A DNA stretch of 63,419 nt, counting the filler, from Basidiobolus ranarum (lineage: Eukaryota): the NCBI GenBank assembly GCA_040143965.1. It is 53 parts of 53 records of this genome, joined end to end, with 100 filler letters (N's around TTAATTAATTAA, not from the genome) between each part and the next. Parts side by side here need not be neighbours in the genome. Positions count along the whole stretch, not along the records: positions 12,021 to 13,121 come from JASJQH010013304.1; positions 13,222 to 14,322 come from JASJQH010013305.1; positions 14,423 to 15,523 come from JASJQH010013306.1; positions 15,624 to 16,724 come from JASJQH010013307.1; positions 16,825 to 17,925 come from JASJQH010013308.1; positions 18,026 to 19,125 come from JASJQH010013309.1; positions 19,226 to 20,325 come from JASJQH010013310.1; positions 20,426 to 21,525 come from JASJQH010013311.1; 45 more parts are not named here. One strand, 5' to 3'. Position 1 is the first letter of the stretch, and each line of letters starts with the position of its first letter. This document shows positions 12,021 to 22,857 of this stretch, one piece after another. The notes beneath the pieces are model-generated. The model did no database searches, was not told the origin of the DNA, and saw only the letters and a program-made list of their open reading frames with translations. A program made the translations under genes and the position numbers.

Positions 12021-13121
12021 TTCATAAAAAATAAAAAATCCTTAGTTAAAGTTACGTTTACGAATTATTTAAACATGAAAAATTTTGTCAAGCACACCAA
12101 TCGTTCCTTATGTCATATGTATGAACTTGAGTGTATTCCTGTTCTTACATCCAAGTTTGGTTTAGATTTTGTCGGATGGGTAAATGTCAAAGATGCTTAC
12201 ACTAAGCCAGGCGATGATATTACTAACTTAAGTACTTATCACGTTTCTCATCCTAATAAAATCTCTCCCACCGATGGCAACGATCCAACATTCCCAACAG
12301 TCCTGGCTTTTGATATAGAATGTATGGTTTCTGCAAAATCTGGAATGCCAAAAACTTATAAACCAGGTGACAAAGTCGAGATGATTAGTTTGGTTATGAC
12401 CAAATATATGTCTGGTAAAATGGACAAATATCTTCTTTTTATTGGAAACTCACAGTTCGATGATGCTGCCTACGAAGATGTTACCCAACTTTTTTTTCCG
12501 ACCGAGTTAGAACTTCTTAGGGCTTTTTGTTCGATGATAAAAGAATTAGACCCAGATATAGTTACTGGATATAACATTTACGGGTTTGATTACAAATACA
12601 TATTCGAAAGATTAAGCTTTTATTTGGAGCCACTTCAGAATATGTCAAGATTAAATAATGGTACGACCAGACTAGTCAGCGTAGATTGGGAAAGTAGTGC
12701 TTATGGACATAATACGTACAGCAAAGTCGAGATGGATGGACGTCTGGTTGTTGATTTGATGCTTTACTTTAAACGTTTTAAATTGGAAAAGTATAGTTTA
12801 AACTTTGTTTCCGAAAAGTTTCTGGGTGCTGGCAAAGATGATGTACATTATGAAGAAATATGGGATGCGTTTGAGTCCAGGGATCCATCTAAGATGAGTC
12901 TCGTTGGAAAGTATTGTGTCAAAGATTCTGTTTTAGTTATCCAACTATTTGAAAATTTTAATTTGTGGACTGATCTTTGCGAGATGTCTAAGGCTATGCG
13001 ATGCAGGATTGGGGAAATTTACACTCGGGGTGAACAACTTAAAGTTAAAAATCAGACCATCAAAGAGTGTATTAACAGGAACATAGTTCTTGCTCGAATT
13101 AAGCGCACGAATGTTACCTGG
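12021..13121 (+). CDS. polB: Family-B DNA polymerase, 3'-5' exonuclease region, NCLDV (iridovirus/Pimascovirales)-like; open at both ends
   Basis: 367 uninterrupted codons, no introns; ExoI LAFDIEC, ExoII VTGYNIYGFDYKY, ExoIII VGKYCVKDS; WESSAYG..DGRLVVDL; YTRGEQLKV. Confidence 0.9.
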
Positions 13122-13221
13122 NNNNNNNNNNNNNNNNNNNNNNNNNNNNNNNNNNNNNNNNNNNNTTAATTAATTAANNNNNNNNNNNNNNNNNNNNNNN
13201 NNNNNNNNNNNNNNNNNNNNN

Positions 13222-14322
13222 TTGTATGACTTATAATCCTTCAGTAATTAAGCTACCTTCATGTCCAAATGGTTGTTTGGCTTTCACTGGTGATCTGAAA
13301 AACCTGAAGTCATGTACTGTTTGCACACAATTTGCAATCACTGAATCAGGTAAATATTGTTCATATTTTGCTTACATATGGTTGAATCCCTGTCCTAAAG
13401 TTTTGATGAAATCATGCAAATATAGATCACTGATCCAATACCAAAGTACTCACCATAGAGCTGATGGTATTACCAATATACTTGATGGATACCACTATCA
13501 GAACCTGAAAAGTCAAGGTTTCCTTGAGAACATGTATGATCAATTATTTATATTGGCTCTGGATGGTTTCTCACTAAACAAATATATCATTGGAAAGGCT
13601 CACTGGCCAATAATTTTAATTAACTTAAATCTTCCTCTTTCTGATTGGTTTAAGAGTCATAATATTTTGATACTATCTGTCATATCTGGACCTAAATCAC
13701 CAGTGCTTATAGATAGTTTCTTAGAGCCTTTGATTGCAGAATTGCAATGGTGATCTAATGGGGTTCAGATGGGTGAATATTTTATTAAAGCTAATATCAT
13801 TGTATGTATTGGTGACACTCCTGCCATCAGTCAACGTGGAGATTTTTGTTGGCACAGTGCACTATCTTGCTGTATATTTTGTCAAATCAATGGGGTCTAC
13901 TCTATCAGGCATATGCATTACTACTATCCAAATACAAAACTAAACTCCATGATTTTACCATCAAGAGCCCAGTCAGATTTCAACATGAGCACAGATATCA
14001 ATTCACCAAATAGTCAGTCTAATAGCAAACTTTGTATTAGCCATAAGCCTAAGATTATATTGCTAAAGGGGATCAGCTGGAGCCAGAGCTTCCCATTAGG
14101 CACTATGCACTTACTATTCAACAACATTCCAATACTACTTACAAAGCTTTACAGTGGAAAATTCAATATGAATGGGCCATTCAAGATAGGATCAAAGTTT
14201 GAATTGAATAAGAAAATGCTTGAAAACATCAAGATACCATCATATTTTACCAGGACTCCCATCAATATCCACTCATCTAGGCATTTATTCAAATGCAAAG
14301 ACTGGAAGTATTGGATTTGTAT
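13222..14322 (+). mobile_element. CACTA/En-Spm (Transposase_21-like) transposase, decayed
   Basis: CPNGCLAF..CTVC; LALDGF..WPIILINLNLP..ISGPKSP..DSFLEPLIAEL; GDTPA..CxxC; GTMHLLFNN. Confidence 0.88.
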
Positions 14323-14422
14323 NNNNNNNNNNNNNNNNNNNNNNNNNNNNNNNNNNNNNNNNNNNNTTAATTAATTAANNNNNNNNNNNNNNNNNNNNNN
14401 NNNNNNNNNNNNNNNNNNNNNN

Positions 14423-15523
14423 CTTGTTGTACCATGCCCTGGGTGCTTGCTTGAGTCCATAGAGCAATTTTTGCAGTTTACAGACCATATCAGGATGTTT
14501 TGGGTCAACAAATCCATCTGGTTGCTCCATATAGATCTCTTCTTCTAGATTTCCATTCAGAAAGGCTGTTTTTACATCCATTTGATGTAGATCAAGGTTA
14601 TGGATGGCTGAGAGTGCCAGGATTGATCTAATGGAGCTAAACTTAGCTACTGGAGCAAAAGTTTCATTAAAATCAACTCCTGGAGTCTGGGAATAGCCTT
14701 TTGCAACTAATCTTGCTTTGTACCTTTCTATGGTTCCATCAGCTTGGTTTTTGACTTTGTAGACCCATTTGCAACCTATTGGCTTTCTCCCTGATGGAAG
14801 AGGACTTAAAACCCACGTTTTATTGTCCTGAAGTGAAGAAAACTCATCTGACATTGCTTTTTCCCATAATTTTGATTCTGGACACTCCAAAGCTTGATCT
14901 AGTGTCTGTGGCTCGTCACAGAATGCTGCATAAGCATATACATCATCATTGGAAGTGTTCCACCAGTTTCCTGGCTTATTTCTCCTTCTGGATGATCTTC
15001 TGGGTCCTGCATCATCCTTTGATATAATTGGGACTGAAATTTTGGTTGAATTGGGCTCAGATAGAGCTGGAATTTTGTCAGACACTTCCTGAATAGTGCT
15101 GATTGTGTTTTCTGGATCAAGAACTGTGATTTGAGGTGAAAAATTTGCTTTTTCATCAAAAATCACATCTCTGCACTTAATTAACTTCTGATTTTTGGTA
15201 TCAAACAGTCTGTAGGCCTTGGATCCATCACAGTAACCAAGAAATATGCATTTTCTGCTTTTGGGTTCCAATTTTGAGCATTTTTGAGCTGGAATTAGGC
15301 AATATGCTGTGCAACCAAAGATCCTGAGATGATCCACACTTGGTTTTGATCCATATAGGGCTTCCAATGAAGTTTAAATTTGTAGCAATCTTGTTGGGCA
15401 TCTGTTTTTGATATAGACTGCAGTGGAGACAGATTCAGCCCAATATTGGTAATCTAACTTTTGATCATGTAACATTGATCTTGCCATCTCCACTATGGTC
15501 CTATTAGCACGTTCTGCAACTCC
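14423..15523 (-). mobile_element. Ty1/copia integrase C-terminus to reverse transcriptase
   Basis: [58 protein letters not shown]. Confidence 0.96.
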
Positions 15524-15623
15524 NNNNNNNNNNNNNNNNNNNNNNNNNNNNNNNNNNNNNNNNNNNNTTAATTAATTAANNNNNNNNNNNNNNNNNNNNN
15601 NNNNNNNNNNNNNNNNNNNNNNN

Positions 15624-16610
15624 CATAGCCTATTAATGTATTTTATTCATTCTTTTGGTTGGATCCCAATTGGCATAAATCTTCATCTAGAAGTCTGCCA
15701 AGTATATAATTTAAGGTCAAATTTTCAGTTCCTATTCTAGAGCCATTACTAGGCTCTGAAACTCATGTGGCAGGCTATTCAGGACAATAACTATGATATT
15801 CTGATCTGTAGTAGATACTCCAATGAATTACATTTCAAGCACTAAACTAGCCACTCCATTAACTAGTGATTTAATGTCTTCTCATAGCTTCATCATTAAC
15901 TTTAAGAATTGTCTTCTTAGAAATATCTTGTTGGCAGCAGAACATGCTTGGTAGCTGTCTTCCAAAGCTTTTAATACCTTCTTGGTAGTTTTGGCTATTG
16001 AAAATTGGTTTAGTAATTTGAACTTAACTTGAGACAAATTGGGTAAAGAAAAAAGCACTTTGTTCTTATTAGCCTGGAGTAAAACCTTGGTTTCAGATAG
16101 CTTTGCATTGTTTTCTTTGCCTACAACAGTGTCCAAAAGTATGTTTTCTTGCAATAGCATTTCATTTTAGTATTCCAAACCTGAAAATTGGATCCACCCA
16201 ATTTTTCACAAGAGGGAAAAGTTCCAGAAATTTGAGAAGTAGACATTACAGAGAGTGCAAGCTTGGGGCTCATTATCGGTTTAAGTATTTGGGAGCCTGT
16301 TGGAAGTGGTTTGGAGAATTAGAGAAATAAATGGTTTCACTTATTGATTTATTGAGTTAAAAGTTGGCATTGATAGTTTTGTCAAGATATAAGCAAACTA
16401 ATGCACAGAATCTGTCCAAGAAGGTCCCAAAATCATATGTACCAAGCTTGGGGCTTCTAGCACCATTTTGATAAATCCATATATCTGAGAACTTGTAAGT
16501 TGGTGTCAATATTGTAGGTAAATTTCCCATGAGATTAATGGGTAACATCTTAGTTCAATATAAGCTATATATTACCATATAAGTGCTTAGGTAATGCTAG
16601 TTTCAACATT
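15624..16610 (-). mobile_element. Copia 5' LTR-B, degenerate PBS and gag, decayed
   Basis: LTR-B similarity ~16277-16610; GATAATGAGCCCC PBS remnant; NKIFLRRQFLKLMM gag peptide. Confidence 0.75.
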
Positions 16611-16827
16611 TGATGCCTCCTGCTACACTTAACAGTGTCTTAGACTCTACTAATGTAACTTTTCTACTTTGCCACATTCATACCAATACTTGAGATCTTC
16701 ACACTTCAATTAACAAACTACAACNNNNNNNNNNNNNNNNNNNNNNNNNNNNNNNNNNNNNNNNNNNNTTAATTAATTAANNNNNNNNNNNNNNNNNNNN
16801 NNNNNNNNNNNNNNNNNNNNNNNNGAA

Positions 16828-17245
16828 ATCCAGTGAATTTAGTATTTAAGTGATGACACAGTAGTTGTTTATTGATGGTTAATATGCCCATACGCTTTTT
16901 GCTTGCAACCAATCAGAGATCCAGTGAATTTGGTATTCAAGTGATGTCATAGAGTTGTTTATTGATGGTTAATGTCCATACGCTTTTTACTTGCAACCAA
17001 TCAGAGAAAAACTTGTGTTCCGAATTAGCGGGAAGATTAGCTCAATATGAATAACAAACAGATATCTTCAGTTCTAATTTCGTTGATCCAGGGATGAACA
17101 TAGAGGGATGAACATAGATATAGCTGTCTGAAGTGTAGCCCAATGCTTGGGAATTCTCAACAGATAAGGCCACTTTTGCTGCCTCCAATATTGTGAGAAC
17201 CATCAACAGATAAGGCCTTTTTTATTGCCTCCAATATTGTGAGAA
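16828..17245 (+). repeat. Three tandem duplications upstream of the secreted-protein gene (~90 bp x2, 14 bp x2, 46 bp x2)
   Basis: 16828-16918/16919-17006, each with AACCAATCAG; 17091-17118 GGGATGAACATAGA x2; 17157-17245 with AGATAAG x2. Confidence 0.85.
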
Positions 17246-17503
17246 TTGGAATCTTCGATCGATCAATATCCCTGCTGGTGCTCGTAGAAAAATCTATTTT
17301 TCTCCTCTGATTACTACATTCATAATCTGGTAGAAAAGTCAAAGAATCCTTATATGGAGATATGAAGAAGTAAGGGAATATGATCCTTGATTTTTTCGGC
17401 TGATAGAAGATTCTTTTGACTTGAAGGGCCTTGGGGTCCATTAGGACACGGATAGGTAGAGTGGAGTCTTCTTCAACAGGTACGGTGATAATGTTCGGGG
17501 GAA

Positions 17504-17511
17504 TATATAAA
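17504..17511 (+). promoter_or_regulatory. TATA box
   Basis: TATATAAA 56 nt before an ATG with A at -3. Confidence 0.6.
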
Positions 17512-17559
17512 GGCTATCTCAAACAGTACTCAAGCATTGTGAAAAATTACAAACTAAAT

Positions 17560-17925
17560 ATGCATCTTCCTTGGACTTGCTTGGTTGCTTCTGCTGTGTT
17601 ATCTGCTTCTGCCATAGCTAAACCTGTTGCTATTAACCTGGGTATTTCAGGAAAGCTTCCTCCTCTTACGTCAGTCCCAATTGTTCAAGAGTACCCCGCC
17701 GGAACCCCTTGCATTGATTCCGGAGAGGCACTTGAGCCAGCAACGGGCTATGGTGGTGCTCCTGTTTGCTATCCTCCGTGGTTCTCCGCAAGTCTATCCT
17801 CGGAACTGGATGACCAGTTTCTGAAATGGACAGCCGTACCAAATCAAGCAGCTATCATCAATGGTGATAGCAATGTATCCCCTGCCGCAGTTACCACCAT
17901 TAACTACAAGGAACCCGTCGTAAGC
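17560..17925 (+). CDS. Putative secreted protein of unknown function, 5' part
   Basis: Signal-peptide-like MHLPWTCLVASAVLSASAIAKP, open frame to contig end, TATA box, CpG retained. Confidence 0.7.
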
Positions 17926-18025
17926 NNNNNNNNNNNNNNNNNNNNNNNNNNNNNNNNNNNNNNNNNNNNTTAATTAATTAANNNNNNNNNNNNNNNNNNN
18001 NNNNNNNNNNNNNNNNNNNNNNNNN

Positions 18026-19125
18026 GGGTGCCCCCCATCTTTCGATGGGGGGGTCTTTAGATGGGGGGGGGTCGGCACTGGAAGGGGCAAACCGAGACCC
18101 CACCCCGGTGGTGGGAGTAGGGGGGGTCAGTAATCGGTAGAGCCTGCCAGGGGTTGGCCTCCCGATAGGGGGGGGGGCCACACCAAAACCAATGGGGCGA
18201 AGGGATCGAAGCGAGGGGGATCGAGGGGGGGGGAAACGTTAATCCATTCGGGGGTGCAGCCAGGGGAAAGCATCTCTCCCCCAAAGTCCCCCCCGCTTTG
18301 GGGTGGGGGCGGGGGGGGGGTGATAAAAGAGGGGGGAACCCCCGGCCGGAGGGGGGGGCAATTCCCGGGGTCGGTATTCGGGAACCCACTGCTCCCTTCG
18401 CATTGGCGATCGTGGAGCCCCGGTTTGGGGGGGGGGGGACGAGAACTAAAAATGCCCCCCCTTTGGTGATGCTTCGCATTGGGGAAGCGCTCCTCGCCAA
18501 TCATATATTGTACCAATCAACTCCCGGACTTTCCTAAAGCTTGGCTCCCTCTCCTCATTGCCGGTTACGCACCGTTAAATGGCCAAGAAGTGGCCCTCAC
18601 TTCGGGCTACGCACCCCGCCATTTTGCAATTGGCTCTTTCTTCCACCCATTGACCGGAGGGTGGACTCAGCCGGTAAATTGTTCCTCCTCCTGCCCCCGA
18701 TCACACCCATTCTGAACTGGGCTCGCCCAGTGGGTGAAAGGATCAATCCGGGGAAGCCCTGCAAATTGCCTCTCCTTGCTGGATGGGGGGGGGTTCCCGC
18801 CCCCCCCCCGATCCCTTTGGGGTGGCTCCCCCCGTGGTTCATTCGGGGTTAAGCCAGCGATAAGCCCGAAGGGGCCAATGCAGTTATTGATCCTTCGGGG
18901 GGCAGATTGGCGAAATCCACCATCCCCCCCCCCCAAAAGGGGGGGGGGGGGGGGGGGGGGGGAGCACCAGCCCCCCCCCCCCCACCCGCGGGGGCCCCCC
19001 CCCCCGGGGGGGGGGGGGGGGGGTGATTTGCCGTATTTCCGCGATCACCATGGTGAGGGTTGGCCTTTACAGGGCAATCGGGGCGAACTCTCCTTTATTC
19101 CCCAATCTCTGCTGGGGGGTTATTC
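18026..19125. other. Very GC-rich non-coding contig of G/C homopolymer runs and hairpins, probably mitochondrial intergenic DNA
   Basis: Same composition as the atp9 flanks at 31221-32319; hairpins such as CCCCCCATC-TTTC-GATGGGGGG (18031-18052). Confidence 0.55.
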
Positions 19126-19225
19126 NNNNNNNNNNNNNNNNNNNNNNNNNNNNNNNNNNNNNNNNNNNNTTAATTAATTAANNNNNNNNNNNNNNNNNNN
19201 NNNNNNNNNNNNNNNNNNNNNNNNN

Positions 19226-20325
19226 TTCATCATAGATCTTGCCATCTCTATTATAGTCCTGTTAGCTCTTTCAGCAACTCCATTTTGTTGAGGTGAATAG
19301 GGAGCAGTAGTTTATTGCTTAATTCCATGAACTTTACAAAAGTGCTTAAATAGTGTTGAAGTATATTTTCCACCATTATCAGTACATATTTTCTTGATTT
19401 TAGTTCCAGTTTCAGTCTCCACAAGTGTTTTAAAATCTCTAAAGATAGAGAGAGCTTCTTCTTTTCTTTCCATGAAGTAGACCCAAGTATATCTTGTATA
19501 ATCATCAATAAGTGTGATTAAATATCTTTTTCTGCCTAAAGATAAATTTGCATAGGTCCACACAAATCTGAATGAATTAGATCCAATTTTTTGACAGATT
19601 TGATTAAACCAGAGTTCTTGAATGGTTGCCTGGCTTGTTTTCCATATATACAACTCTCACAAATTTCCAATTTGGTTGGGGGGTTAATTTGAATTCCAGA
19701 AATTAGGCAATTTTTGATGATTTTGCTGAAATAATCAAATCCAATATGGGCAAATCTCTTAGGCCATAATTGAATAGTTTCTTGATTGGAATAACTCATA
19801 TTTACACATAAACCTCTTGGATTATATGTAAGTTTGTATAAGTTGTGATCTTTTTCTCCCAAAGCTAAATAATTCCCATTTTGATCAGTGATGATGCATT
19901 GTGACTTATCAAAATTGAATTTTAGCCCTTCTGAGGTGGCCTTCCATACAGATATTAAATTCTTGGCAATATCTGGAACATGTAGTACATCCTTAAAAGT
20001 ATATACTTTCTCTTCAGAAGCTTCAGTTGAATTGACTTGTATTGTTCCCATTCCAACAGCATCCAATGTGCAGTCATCTCCTATAAATGCCTTTCTAATT
20101 GGGACTTCTTTGTAATCCACAAACCAATGTTCTTCATTTGTGAAATGTTGGGAAGCTCCAGAATCAATATACCACATCTGAGAATCCTTTTTGGTAGTCA
20201 TTGATAGAGCAGAAATGAACAAGTGATCTTCTGTTGTAACCACATTTCCAGATTCAGTATGTTTTTCTTCTTTTGCAATTCTTTTAAAGCAATCTTTGCT
20301 TAAATGGCCAGTTCTTTTACAGTAA
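19226..20325 (-). mobile_element. Ty1/copia gag zinc knuckle-protease-integrase
   Basis: WYIDSGASQHF, VLHVPDIAKNLIS, IHSDLCGPM, LIDDYTRY, TDNGGKY. Confidence 0.94.
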
Positions 20326-20426
20326 NNNNNNNNNNNNNNNNNNNNNNNNNNNNNNNNNNNNNNNNNNNNTTAATTAATTAANNNNNNNNNNNNNNNNNNN
20401 NNNNNNNNNNNNNNNNNNNNNNNNNC

Positions 20427-20576
20427 AACACTGCTGGTGAATTCGAGCAAGTCTTGAAGAAGGTCGAATCTCACAGTGACAAGATCAATCTTGTTGAATT
20501 GATGATGGACTGGTTGGATGCTCCTGAGAACTTGGTTAAGCAAGCTGAAGCCTCTGCTGCCCTTAACCGTTCTTAA
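20427..20576 (+). CDS. PDC: Pyruvate decarboxylase, C-terminal end (absent from the ORF track)
   Basis: NTAGEFEQVLKKVESHSDKINLVELMMDWLDAPENLVKQAEASAALNRS* aligns by eye with the yeast Pdc1 C-terminus (TTGEW...KIRMIEIMLPVFDAPQNLVEQA); strongly biased codons. Confidence 0.8.
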   Translation, partial: NTAGEFEQVLKKVESHSDKINLVELMMDWLDAPENLVKQAEASAALNRS

Positions 20577-21296
20577 TCTTCTCTTATTTGACGCTTATAG
20601 ATTTTAGATCAACTTACGAATTTTTTCATTGAGTTTCATAGAGTTTACCAAATGTAATATATAAATTGGTGCTAGAAGTTTATTCACCACAAAGTTTTCA
20701 AAAGTATTCGAATAAAACTTTTATCATTATACTTTATTTTGAGTTTCTTTGCTTGTAAATATTTAATTTCTATTTAATTAATTTTAAATTCCAATGGTAG
20801 TGGTACAGGTTTTTTTATTAAGTTTTCAAGCTCTGTTCTTATTGAAAACGAGTTCAGGGACCAACTAATTTGATCAAAAAAGAATACTCGATAAACAGCA
20901 TCTCGTTTCAAGAGACCTTTTCCCTACTGAAGACTTCAACATGGTCAAGAAATATGTCCTTAATATGCTGGTTACCACTGATGACGCTATACAAAACATA
21001 CTTAAAACAAGTCATAGACTGAATATTGAGCTAATGATTTAGTAGTCGATAACCAGTATCTATGTCACACCCTTAAGGTAAGGAAATGGTCATAGTTTAT
21101 CATTAGTACTTATTGCATTCATTTTAAACAGCCAGTATATATTAGAAACAGTATTCTCCACAAGCAATATTGCTACGGTTTTTCGGTGTCTATTACAAGT
21201 AAAGTATTTCTTTCTCAATCAGACAGGAGATTTGATGTAAAACTGAATTTATTTATGCATCTAATAACATATATATATTACAAATTGATTGCCAAA

Positions 21297-21524
21297 CTAA
21301 TGGTTATGCATATCAAGAACGATACGTCCAGCAATCTTACCGGCATGCATATCTTCATATACTTGAGGAATGGTCTCCATATCTTGGACCTTGTAGTGAC
21401 ACTTGACCTTACCACGAGCAGCAAAGTCGAGAGCCTCAGCAAGATCTTGACGGTTACCAACAATAGAACCACGGATGGTCAAACGTTGGAGAACAAGATC
21501 GAAGACAGGGAAAGTTCCCTTAGC
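21297..21524 (-). CDS. adh: Zinc-dependent alcohol dehydrogenase (AdhP/Adh1 type), C-terminal end
   Basis: AKGTFPVFDLVLQRLTIRGSIVGNRQDLAEALDFAARGKV...GKIAGRIVLDMHNH*. Confidence 0.9.
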   Translation of the reverse strand, partial: AKGTFPVFDLVLQRLTIRGSIVGNRQDLAEALDFAARGKVKCHYKVQDMETIPQVYEDMHAGKIAGRIVLDMHNH

Positions 21525-21625
21525 ANNNNNNNNNNNNNNNNNNNNNNNNNNNNNNNNNNNNNNNNNNNNTTAATTAATTAANNNNNNNNNNNNNNNNNNN
21601 NNNNNNNNNNNNNNNNNNNNNNNNN

Positions 21626-22725
21626 AGCTGAAGTCTTGGCAGTGAAAGATCATTGGTTATGAATCTTGTGACTCAAATTGACTTGTGTCTAGGCAGATGA
21701 CTCAGAGGTTAATACTGATTGGATAATGATCATGTGTTAGGTCATATGATCTGATAGAAGGGATAAGCAAATAGATAGTTAGTCAGGTGATAGGTCACAT
21801 GATAAAGTCACTGGAAAAGGTCAGATGACTAGTTAGCGAGGATGATAAACTAAACAGATATTCATGCAAGTTGTATAGATATGGCGTATGTTAAACAACT
21901 TTGTATGTTGGTGCACAACACCATATAAGGTAATATGGATTAACCAACACCAGATTGCCAAGAAGGGATGGCACAGCAGATAAGATGTCATAATCTAATA
22001 ATAGAGAAGTCCTATTTGTAGTGGATCAGTGTGCCAAGATCAGAATCATGACAGGCACAATATTGAAGGGTATCTGCCAGATAGCTGGAAGAATGTTGAT
22101 TCAGCAGCATTAATTCAATGGTCAGCTTTGATGAAGATATTGATACAAACTTGTGCTGAGTATGAGCTAAACCTTGAATATGAAGAACTCTATAAAAATA
22201 TTCAGGAGAATTTATCAAAGAGCCTAGGGATTTTGAAGGTGACAAATTAGCATTCAAGTGGTAATTGTGTAAAATTTGAGTTATGTTTTTTGCACATGTG
22301 TTGATCTATAGTTCACTGAGATTGTAGCCAATCATGTGCAACTATTTTGTGAGATCTTGAAATTTCTCTCCTGAAACTGAAAAAATTCACTAAAATCAAA
22401 TCCAACTGGACAATTTAATGACTGTAAGTAAATGGTCAATCCAAAATGGATTAAAATTGTGATGGTTTGCCTATGATATCAATTCTCAAGTTTCTGTTAG
22501 GGCAGGTAAGTTGGTTAAAATCCAAGTTTGATAATCAAACAGATCCTGGTACTCATCAGCCATTGTAGATCTTCAAAATTTTATGTGAGGGCCATTCAGG
22601 GCCTCTTTTACAGACTGGGGTTCATGTATTTGAGCTGTGCAGGCATAGGCCCAATTTTGGGACTCATTGATATAGTAATCCAGGCTATTTCTGATCCAAT
22701 TTGATCTCCTGGTTTGGGATAAAGG
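21626..22725. mobile_element. Nested mosaic: unknown LTR ending CACAACA (to 21920), gypsy LTR 5' end (-, to 22053), CACTA ORF2 3' end plus end B (to 22502), copia RT piece (-)
   Basis: Internal similarity; TTTCTGTTAGGG terminus at 22502. Confidence 0.75.
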
Positions 22726-22857
22726 NNNNNNNNNNNNNNNNNNNNNNNNNNNNNNNNNNNNNNNNNNNNTTAATTAATTAANNNNNNNNNNNNNNNNNNN
22801 NNNNNNNNNNNNNNNNNNNNNNNNNTAAAAACTTTTTTATCATATATGCATCTTTGT

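Noticed and set aside
10820-14322. polB flanked by CACTA sequences, suggesting a self-synthesising (Polinton/casposon-like) transposon
   Set aside because: The pieces are separate contigs ordered by length, and the polymerase is RNA-primed delta-like, not protein-primed.
17431-17559. Upstream extension of the secreted-protein ORF from TTG
   Set aside because: It spans the TATA box; the eukaryotic start is ATG 17560, preceding the signal peptide.
17978-19177. Many Pro/Gly-rich ORFs on both strands (also 31173-32237 apart from atp9)
   Set aside because: By-product of stop-codon scarcity in G/C runs; no recognisable domains.
21186-21581. 131-aa plus-strand ORF
   Set aside because: Antisense shadow of the codon-biased ADH gene.
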